In this document: positions 17,711-24,000 of the stretch, in pieces
Layout of the letters: every line of letters starts with the position of its first letter
How positions within the stretch are numbered: position 1 is the first letter of the stretch
From: Coralloluteibacterium thermophilum
GTDB taxonomy: Bacteria; Pseudomonadota; Gammaproteobacteria; Xanthomonadales; Xanthomonadaceae
Assembly (NCBI RefSeq): GCF_042654365.1
Contig: NZ_JBHSGG010000041.1
Span: 18,489-42,488, forward strand
DNA: 24,000 nt
Direction of reading: 5' to 3'
Translations under genes and position numbers: made by a program
The notes under the pieces: model-generated
The model's database searches: none
Told to the model about the DNA's origin: nothing
Seen by the model: only the letters and a program-made list of their open reading frames with translations

Positions 17711-19280
17711 GGGCGTCCTGCCCTGGCGCGAGCGTCTCCACGTCCTGCGGGATCAGTGCGCCGTCCAGCGCCGAGCGGGTGCGGCCGCCGCTGAACATGG
17801 CCCAGGCCGGGTCGCGCACGACGTTGCCGAAGCCGTCGAGACGCAGCTCGCCGGTGGCGCCGGGCACGCCGCGCTCTGCGCTGCGGCCGAGGTGGTCGAG
17901 GTAGGCCGTCAGCAGCCAGGCGTCGGCGCCGAAGGCGAACAGGCGCGCGCCATTGCCGCGGGCGGAGGGCAGGCGGCCCGACAGCGTCTCGGCCGTCGGC
18001 AGGCCCGGCGTGGCGCGCAGCATCCACGGCAGCTCGGGGTATTCGATGCCGTCCAGCTCGCGGTCCAGCTGCGGGTTGCCGCCGCCCGAGAGGACGAGGG
18101 AGGTCGCCATGACCGGGCGGCCGCCCATGCCCACCGCGGTCAACTGCGGGACCAGCAGGCGCGCCTCCGGCGCGCGCAGCGCCATGAACACCGCATCGAA
18201 GTCGGCCCCGACGCCGCTCATGCGGAGCTGTTCGCTGTAGTCCGGGCCCGGGCCGGCCAGCGCGATCTCCGCCACCACGTCGCCGCCCTCGGCGGCCACC
18301 CGCTCGCGGAAGGCGGCGGCGCTGCGGCGGCCGTTGTCGTCGCTGCCGAAGACCGACACCACGCGGCGCAGCCCGCGCTGCAGCAGGCGGTCGGCGGCGG
18401 CCACGCCCTCGTCCTCCGGCGCCAGGGAGAAGCTCGCGCTGCCCGGCGGGGGCGGGGCCTGGACGCGGTTCAGCGCCAGCAGCGGCACCGGCAGGTCGCC
18501 GGCGAAGAGCTGCGCCACCGACTCCTGCGACAGCGGGCCCACGACCAGCTGCGCGCCCTCGGCCACGGCGCGCTGGTAGGCGGCGAGGGCGCCCGCGGCC
18601 TCGGAATCGTAGAAGCGCACGTCCGGGCGCCTGCGGCGCTCGCCGTACCAGGCGGTGAGGTAGCCGTCGCGCACCGCGTTGCCGGCCGGGGCGAGACGCC
18701 CGCTCAGCGGCAGCAGCACCGCGACGCGCTCCGGCGGGCGGTAGCCGTCGGCCTCGGCGGTCGGCCAGTCTCCCGCCTCGATGCCGCCGGCGAGCTGGAG
18801 CTCGGGCGGCAGCGCGCGCGGCAGGGCCAGGCCGCGGCGGGTGAGTGCACGCGCGGCGGAGGGATAGAGCGGATGGCCCTCGGGCAGGGTGGCGGCGGCA
18901 TCCGAGAGGGTGCGGTCCGGCAGGCGGGACAGCAGCGCGTCGATGCGGCGCTGGTTCGCGCCGGCGGCGTCCGGCGGCAGGATCGGCTGCAGGTAGGCGA
19001 GTTCGGCGGCGGCGCCGAAGTCGTCGCCGGTGCGCTCCAGCAGGTCGGCGCGGAGCGGGTGCCAACGGGCGCGGAGCGAGTCCGGCACCTGGTCGGCCTC
19101 GAGGTCGAGGCTGGCGAGGGCGGCCTCGGATTCGCCCAGGGCGGCCGAGGCCCGCGCCTGGTCGAGCTGCTGCCCGGCGCGGCCGGCATCCTGCGTTCGC
19201 GCCGGCCCGCGTTCGACCATCACGTTGGCGCAGCCACCGGCGAGGAGGCTGGCGACACACAGCACGAGGAGGCGTTTCAT
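17688..19280 (-). CDS. lpoA: penicillin-binding protein activator LpoA (LppC family lipoprotein)
   Basis: Lies inside track ORF 17688..19922(-). Start ATG at 19280 gives a lipoprotein signal [17 protein letters not shown]. Periplasmic-binding-like C-terminal part [24 protein letters not shown]. Divergent from rsmI. The 3' end overlaps the yraN start by 23 nt. Confidence 0.85.
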   Translation of the reverse strand: MKRLLVLCVASLLAGGCANVMVERGPARTQDAGRAGQQLDQARASAALGESEAALASLDLEADQVPDSLRARWHPLRADLLERTGDDFGAAAELAYLQPILPPDAAGANQRRIDALLSRLPDRTLSDAAATLPEGHPLYPSAARALTRRGLALPRALPPELQLAGGIEAGDWPTAEADGYRPPERVAVLLPLSGRLAPAGNAVRDGYLTAWYGERRRRPDVRFYDSEAAGALAAYQRAVAEGAQLVVGPLSQESVAQLFAGDLPVPLLALNRVQAPPPPGSASFSLAPEDEGVAAADRLLQRGLRRVVSVFGSDDNGRRSAAAFRERVAAEGGDVVAEIALAGPGPDYSEQLRMSGVGADFDAVFMALRAPEARLLVPQLTAVGMGGRPVMATSLVLSGGGNPQLDRELDGIEYPELPWMLRATPGLPTAETLSGRLPSARGNGARLFAFGADAWLLTAYLDHLGRSAERGVPGATGELRLDGFGNVVRDPAWAMFSGGRTRSALDGALIPQDVETLAPGQDARDDIPYE

Positions 19281-19440
19281 CGAGACGCAGGTCCGTTCAT
19301 CGGGCGGGGGTGGGATGATACCCGCTGCGTTCGCGTGCGCCGGGTGAGCGCTGTACGCCCTGTGCCGCTGCCGCCTCCCCGGGCTCCTCCGGCGCAGGCC
19401 CCGCCCGCGGCCCTCCCGTCCTCTCCAGTCTCCCATCGCC

Positions 19441-20271
19441 ATGACCGCTTCCCCCACGCCAGGCACGCTCTTCGTCGTCGCCACCCCCATCGGCAACCTC
19501 GACGACATCGCGCCGCGCGCCCTGGAGACCCTGCGACGGGCGGACGCGGTCTGCGCCGAGGACACCCGCCACACCCGCCGCCTGCTGGCCCACTTCGGCA
19601 TCGAGCGGCCGCTCCTGGCCCTGCACGAGCACAACGAGACGGCGCAGGCGGATGCCCTGGTGGCGCGGCTGGCCGGCGGCGCCTCGCTCGCCCTGGTGAG
19701 CGACGCCGGCACGCCGCTGGTGAGCGATCCCGGTTTCGTGCTGGTCCGGGCGGCGCGCGCGGCGGGCATCCGGGTCAGTCCGGTGCCGGGCGCCTGCGCC
19801 GCGGTGGCCGCCCTCTCCGTCGCCGGCATCCCCAGCGACCGCTTCGCCTTCGAGGGCTTCCTGCCCGCCAAGGCGGGACTGCGGCGCGAGCGCCTGCAGG
19901 CCCTGGCCGGAGAGCCGCGCACCCTGGTGTTCTACGAGAGCGCGCACCGCATCGAGGCCTCCCTGGCCGACATGGCGGCCCTGCTCGGGCCCGACCGCCC
20001 TGCGGCCATCGCCCGCGAGCTCACCAAGCTGTTCGAGACGGTGCTGGACGGCCCGCTGGGCGATCTCGCCGCGCGCGTCGCCACCGATCCCGACCAGCGC
20101 CGCGGGGAGTTCGTCGTGGTGGTGCAGGGCGCCGGCGAGGATGCCGACGCGGCCCTCGCCGAGGGCAGGCGGGTCTACGCCCTGCTGAGCGCCCACCTCC
20201 CGCCGTCCCAGGCCGCCCGCCTCGCGGCCGAGATCACCGGGGCGCCGAGGAAGGGGTTGTATGGGGGGTGA
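19441..20271 (+). CDS. rsmI: 16S rRNA (cytidine1402-2'-O)-methyltransferase
   Basis: 276-aa ORF. GTLFVVATPIGNLDDIAPRALETLRRADAVCAEDTRHTRRLL, SDAGTPLVSDPG, FYESAHR. Confidence 0.93.
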   Translation: MTASPTPGTLFVVATPIGNLDDIAPRALETLRRADAVCAEDTRHTRRLLAHFGIERPLLALHEHNETAQADALVARLAGGASLALVSDAGTPLVSDPGFVLVRAARAAGIRVSPVPGACAAVAALSVAGIPSDRFAFEGFLPAKAGLRRERLQALAGEPRTLVFYESAHRIEASLADMAALLGPDRPAAIARELTKLFETVLDGPLGDLAARVATDPDQRRGEFVVVVQGAGEDADAALAEGRRVYALLSAHLPPSQAARLAAEITGAPRKGLYGG

Positions 20272-20274
20272 GGA

Positions 20275-20428
20275 GAAGCGGGAATGGGGAATCGGGAATC
20301 GGGACCTGGGGCGAGGTACGGCCTGCTGCTGCGCCACCCGGCGACGCCTTCAGACGGAGCGTTCCTCCCCGAAGCCAAGCGACCCAACCATTCCCAATTC
20401 CCGATTCCCGATTCCCCATTCCCGCTTC
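20275..20428. repeat. G-heptad inverted-repeat element, copy D (154-bp MITE-like miniature)
   Basis: Left end GAAGCGGGAATGGGGAATCGGGAATCGGGA (20275-20304). It is identical over 30/30 nt to the reverse complement of the right end (20428 back to 20399). About 80 nt of unique core. Confidence 0.85.
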
Positions 20429-20458
20429 ATCCCCCCAACCCATGCCACAATCCCGTCC

Positions 20459-20826
20459 GGCGGAGTCGACCAGGCAGTCGCGTCATCCTTCGGGATGCCG
20501 AGGAAAGTCCGGGCTCCACAGAGCAGGGTGCCAGGTAACGCCTGGGCGGCGCGAGCCGACGGAAAGTGCAACAGAGAGCAGACCGCCGATGGCCGTCCGC
20601 CGCTTCGGTGGCGGTCGGATCAGGCAAGGGTGAAACGGTGCGGTAAGAGCGCACCGCGAGTCCGGCAACGGACCGGCACGGCAAACCCCACCCGGAGCAA
20701 GACCGAATAGGGACCTCACGACGTTGCTCGCGTCGGGTCCGGGTAGGTCGCTCGAGCGCTGCGGCGACGCAGCGCCTAGAGGAATGACTGTCCACGACAG
20801 AACCCGGCTTATCGGCCGGCTCCGCC
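20459..20826 (+). ncRNA. rnpB: RNase P RNA, bacterial type A
   Basis: Universal blocks GAGGAAAGTCCGGGCTCCACAGAGCAGGGTGCCAGGTAACGCCTGG, ACAGAGAGCAGACCGCC, GGTGAAACGGTGCGGTAAGAGCGCACCGC, CCCGGAGCAAGACCGAATAGG, AGAGGAATGACTGTCCACGACAGAACCCGGCTTATCGG. P1 GGCGGAG (20459-20465) pairs with CTCCGCC (20820-20826). Confidence 0.93.
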
Positions 20827-21070
20827 CCTTCTTCCTTCTCGCATCGCCGGTTCCGGCGGCGCCGGCGTGCCCGACTTGGGGGCCGCTCCTCGCGCGCCCG
20901 GGCAGGTTCGGGCGCTAGCTGCCTGAATTTCACGGGAAAACGACATCGCGGGCGCCGTCTGTCGCCACGCCTTTCTGAATGAAAACAGTGCCTGCGGGCC
21001 ACTTCTTGAACCTGAGTGTCAAGTTCGCGTTAAGCCCTTGATCCCGCAGGCGATTCCCTCCCGAACCGTG

Positions 21071-21099
21071 TTGACAGTCTCAGGACCTGAGACTAAGGT
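21071..21099 (+). promoter_or_regulatory. candidate sigma70 promoter of the dcw cluster (Pmra)
   Basis: TTGACA (21071-21076), a 17-nt spacer, then TAAGGT (21094-21099), about 90 nt upstream of the mraZ ATG. The spacer is the perfect palindrome GTCTCAGG-A-CCTGAGAC. Confidence 0.5.
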
Positions 21100-21132
21100 G
21101 GGCAACCGAGGGAAATTCGGGAATTTTGTGGT
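21098..21132 (+). promoter_or_regulatory. candidate MraZ operator (10-bp phased G-rich boxes)
   Basis: GTGGG (21098), GAGGG (21108), CGGGA (21118) and GTGGT (21128), spaced 10 nt apart immediately downstream of the -10. Resembles the phased TGGGN repeats bound by MraZ in E. coli. Confidence 0.4.
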
Positions 21133-21187
21133 TTTTAGTGTCGTGCCTCGGTGCGGCGTGGGTGGGCAGGGCTTCCAGGCGTAGACG

Positions 21188-21634
21188 ATGTTCCAGGGCG
21201 AGACCGCCATCACCATCGACGACAAGGGTCGTCTGGCGATTCCCACCGCCTTCCGGGAGCTGGTCGCGCGCGAGTGCAACAGCCGCCTGATCGTCACCTA
21301 CAACCCCTTCGAGCACGGCTGCCTGTGGCTGTTCCCGCAGGCGGAATGGGAGTCGGTGCGCGACCAGGTCATGCGCCTGCCGAGCGTCAAGGCGACCCAC
21401 CGCAACATGCAGTTGAAGCTGGTCGGTGCGGCCACCCCGGTGGAGGCCGACGGCAACGGGCGCGTGCTGCTGCCCTCGAGCCATCGCCATGCCGCCGGGC
21501 TCGAGAAGAAGGCCGTCCTCCTGGGGATGGGCAACAAGTTCGAGCTGTGGAGCGAGCAGGCGCACCTGGCGCAGATCCGTCGCACGATCTCGGAGGACGA
21601 GATCAGCGACGACATGCTCGACCTCAGGCTGTAA
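21188..21634 (+). CDS. mraZ: division/cell wall cluster transcriptional regulator MraZ
   Basis: 148-aa [27 protein letters not shown] and a second SpoVT-AbrB repeat [13 protein letters not shown]. Confidence 0.95.
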   Translation: MFQGETAITIDDKGRLAIPTAFRELVARECNSRLIVTYNPFEHGCLWLFPQAEWESVRDQVMRLPSVKATHRNMQLKLVGAATPVEADGNGRVLLPSSHRHAAGLEKKAVLLGMGNKFELWSEQAHLAQIRRTISEDEISDDMLDLRL

Positions 21635-21649
21635 CGGGAGGGCGCCGGC

Positions 21650-22585
21650 ATGGGGACGACCACCCCGAGCCATCTCCCGGTGATGTACGCGCAGGTGCTC
21701 GACGGCCTGCGCATCCGCCCGGATGGCCGCTACCTCGACGGCACCTTCGGGCGCGGCGGGCACGCACGCGGCGTGCTCGAGCGGCTGGGTGACGGAGGGC
21801 GACTGCTGCTGATGGACAAGGACCCCGAGGCGATCGCGGTGGCGCAGGCGGGTTTCGGCGCCGACGCACGGGTGTCGCTCTACCGCGGCAGCTTCGCCGA
21901 CCTCGGCGTCTGGGACGAGACCACGGCCGGCCTCGACGGCGTGCTGTTCGATCTCGGCGTGTCCTCGCCGCAGCTCGACGAGGCCCGGCGCGGGTTCTCG
22001 TTCGGCAAGGACGGCCCGCTCGACATGCGCATGGACCCCGACTCGGGCGAGAGCGCGGCCGAGTGGCTGGCGCGCGCCGGCGAGGCCGAGATCGCCGACG
22101 TCCTGTGGACCTACGGCGAGGAGCGCATGAGCCGCCGCATCGCGCGCGCCATCGTGGCCCGCCGCGCGGAGGCGCCGCTGGTCCGCACCGCCGAGCTCGC
22201 CGACCTCGTCGCCGGCATCGTCGGCCGCCGCGACACCGGCATCCATCCGGCCACGCGCAGCTTCCAGGCCATCCGCATCCACGTGAACCGCGAGCTGGCC
22301 GATCTCGAGGACGGCCTCGCCGCGGCCCACGCACGGCTGAAGCCGGGCGGGCGGCTGGTGGTCATCAGCTTCCACTCGCTGGAAGACCGCATCGTCAAGC
22401 AGTTCATCAACGCCCGTGCCAAGGCGCCGCCGGGCAACCGGCGCATGCCGGTCGCGGAGGCGTTCGCGCCGACGCTGCGCGACATCGGCGGCGCCCGGCG
22501 CGCCGACGCCGGCGAGATCGCCGCCAACCCCCGCGCGCGCAGTGCGGTGCTGCGCGTGGCCGAACGCCTGGAGGTCGCGGCATGA
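21650..22585 (+). CDS. rsmH: 16S rRNA (cytosine1402-N4)-methyltransferase
   Basis: 311-aa [51 protein letters not shown]. Confidence 0.95.
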   Translation: MGTTTPSHLPVMYAQVLDGLRIRPDGRYLDGTFGRGGHARGVLERLGDGGRLLLMDKDPEAIAVAQAGFGADARVSLYRGSFADLGVWDETTAGLDGVLFDLGVSSPQLDEARRGFSFGKDGPLDMRMDPDSGESAAEWLARAGEAEIADVLWTYGEERMSRRIARAIVARRAEAPLVRTAELADLVAGIVGRRDTGIHPATRSFQAIRIHVNRELADLEDGLAAAHARLKPGGRLVVISFHSLEDRIVKQFINARAKAPPGNRRMPVAEAFAPTLRDIGGARRADAGEIAANPRARSAVLRVAERLEVAA

Positions 22586-22851
22586 CCTTCCGCGTCGCCG
22601 CCTTCGTGCTGCTGCTCGCCGCCGCCCTCGCCAGCGCGGTCGGGGTGGTGTACGCGCGCCACGAGCACCGGCAGCGCTTCATCGAGCTCAACGCGCTGGA
22701 GAACGAGCGCGACGAGCTCGACATCGAGTTCGGCCGCCTCCAGCTCGAGCAGGCGACGCTTGGCGAGACCCACCAGATCCAGCGCATCGCCGGCGAGCGC
22801 CTGCAGATGCGCTTCCCCGAGGGTGGCGACATCGTGGTGGTGAAGCCATGA
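22582..22851 (+). CDS. ftsL: cell division protein FtsL
   Basis: Lies inside track ORF 22063..22851. Start ATG at 22582 overlaps the rsmH stop (ATGA). 89 aa with a single TM segment ([22 protein letters not shown]), then a coiled-coil [22 protein letters not shown]. Conserved position between rsmH and ftsI. Confidence 0.85.
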   Translation: MTFRVAAFVLLLAAALASAVGVVYARHEHRQRFIELNALENERDELDIEFGRLQLEQATLGETHQIQRIAGERLQMRFPEGGDIVVVKP

Positions 22852-24000
22852 GGGGCGCCGCGCGCAACGTGCGCCAGCCGCAGCGCGGAACGCCGGTCCG
22901 CGGGGCCCGCATGGGCTCCGGCTTCGACGTGCGCCGCCGGGTGGGCGTGGTCGCGGGCGTGCTCGGCCTGTGCGCGGCCGCCGTGGTGGTGCGCGCGCTC
23001 GACCTGCAGGTGATCGAGAACGACTTCTACCAGCAGCAGGGCGATGCGCGGTTCCTGCGCGAGATCCCCATCCCGACCTCGCGCGGCATGATCACCGACC
23101 GCAACGGCGAGCCGCTGGCGGTGTCGTCGCCGGTCGAGTCGCTGTGGGCCAACCCGCGCGAGCTGGTCAACCATCCCGACCGCCTGCCGGAGCTGGCGCA
23201 GGCCCTGGGCACGCCGCTGGAGACCCTGCGCGAGCGCATCGAGGCCCGCCGCGACAAGGAGTTCGTCTACCTGCGCCGGCACATGAACCCGGACGACGCC
23301 CAGGCCATCGTCGACCTCGGCGTGCCGGGCGTGTTCGCGCAGCGCGAGTTCCGCCGCTTCTATCCGCTCGGCGAGGTGATGTCCCACATCCTGGGCACCA
23401 CCAACATCGACGACCGCGGCCAGGAGGGCCTGGAGCTGGCCTTCGACGAGTGGCTGACCGGCAAGCCGGGCGCCAAGAAGGTCATCCGCGACCGCCGCGG
23501 CAAGTTCGTCGAGAACGTCGACCTCGTGCGCGCGGCCGAGCCGGGCCGGGAGCTGACGCTGTCCATCGACCGCCGCATCCAGTACCTGGCCTACAGTGCG
23601 CTGGGCAAGGCCCTGGCGGAGAACAAGGCCAGCTCGGGCTCGGTGGTGGTGCTGGACGTGCGCAACGGCGAGATCCTCGCCATGGCCAACCTGCCGTCCT
23701 ACAACCCCAACCTGCGCGCGCCCAGCGAGCCCGGCTCGCGGCGCAACCGTGCTGTCACCGACCTCATGGAGCCGGGGTCGACGATGAAGACGATGACCGT
23801 CGCCGCGGCGCTGGAGGCCGGCATCGCCACGCCCGCCCGGATGATCGAGACCAGCCCCGGCTACATGCGCGTGGGCAACGCCACCGTGCGCGACATCCGC
23901 AACTTCGGCTACATCGACGTCACCGGCATCATCACCAAGTCCTCCAACGTCGGCACCACCAAGCTGGCGCTGGAGATGACCGCCGAGCACCAGCACGACG
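22848..24000 (+). CDS. ftsI: peptidoglycan D,D-transpeptidase FtsI (PBP3), 3'-truncated by the window end
   Basis: Not in the ORF track because it runs off the window. ATG at 22848 overlaps the ftsL stop (ATGA). Translation: [12 protein letters not shown]...VVVRALDLQVIENDFYQQQGDARFLREIPIPTSRGMITDRNGEPLAVS. In-frame active-site STMK at 23778-23789 and KSSN at 23937-23948. Confidence 0.9.
   Translation, partial: MRGAARNVRQPQRGTPVRGARMGSGFDVRRRVGVVAGVLGLCAAAVVVRALDLQVIENDFYQQQGDARFLREIPIPTSRGMITDRNGEPLAVSSPVESLWANPRELVNHPDRLPELAQALGTPLETLRERIEARRDKEFVYLRRHMNPDDAQAIVDLGVPGVFAQREFRRFYPLGEVMSHILGTTNIDDRGQEGLELAFDEWLTGKPGAKKVIRDRRGKFVENVDLVRAAEPGRELTLSIDRRIQYLAYSALGKALAENKASSGSVVVLDVRNGEILAMANLPSYNPNLRAPSEPGSRRNRAVTDLMEPGSTMKTMTVAAALEAGIATPARMIETSPGYMRVGNATVRDIRNFGYIDVTGIITKSSNVGTTKLALEMTAEHQHD

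Noticed and set aside
17568-20633. 1021-aa plus-strand ORF spanning yraN, lpoA, rsmI and the rnpB 5' region; similarly 7004..9484 minus (826 aa), 9325..11292 minus (655 aa), 42..1076 minus and 11521..12978 minus
   Set aside because: They have no recognisable motifs and extreme R/A/G/P composition. Each overlaps genes with strong family signatures on the other strand or frame, and one crosses an RNA gene. Treated as non-coding artefacts.
20427-21002. 191-aa minus-strand ORF and several smaller ORFs across 20261-20918
   Set aside because: They overlap the RNase P RNA gene, whose conserved blocks and P1 pairing are unambiguous, and the repeat element. They are not coding.
21108-21127. GAGGGAAATTCGGGAATTTTG in the mraZ operator resembles the GGGAAT heptads, suggesting the dispersed elements could be MraZ binding or titration sites
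   Set aside because: The operator boxes have 10-bp phasing, while the elements have strict 7-bp phasing. The shared string is only GGGAAT. There is no support beyond this resemblance.

Overview
Very GC-rich bacterial chromosomal segment with gammaproteobacterial core-gene synteny. In order: def; a PAP2 acid phosphatase translationally coupled to pyrF; pncB; ettA; creD; glyA; nrdR; an FMN riboswitch leading ribD-ribE-ribBA-ribH-nusB-thiL-pgpA; a GlcD-family FAD oxidase; yraN-lpoA divergent from rsmI; RNase P RNA (rnpB); and the start of the dcw cluster (mraZ-rsmH-ftsL-ftsI, with ftsI cut by the window end). Most very long ORFs in the six-frame track are antisense or off-frame high-GC artefacts, Arg/Ala/Pro/Gly-rich and overlapping recognisable genes. 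The unusual part is the intergenic DNA. Four spacers (pyrF/pncB, glyA/nrdR, ribBA/ribH, rsmI/rnpB) are almost entirely filled by copies of one repeat family built from inverted arrays of G-rich heptads (GGGAATC / GGGGAAT). One copy carries an intact four-helix-bundle gene (23S rRNA IVS / Avd-like). The other three look like gene-less miniatures that keep its leader. Three copies abut or supply the stop codon of the upstream housekeeping gene. No transposase, integrase or reverse transcriptase is present in the window. A fifth spacer (yraN / FAD oxidase) is a roughly 290-bp head-to-head array of different G-rich hexa/heptamers arranged in homogeneous blocks. Other observations: ribD is split by a frameshift inside a (GC)6 tract; the GTP-cyclohydrolase-II-like half of RibBA contains no cysteine; a perfect 26-bp REP-like inverted pair lies between nusB and thiL; and the mraZ promoter has a perfect palindrome in its spacer. 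All calls rest on reading the sequence and on motif recognition. No database search was run.
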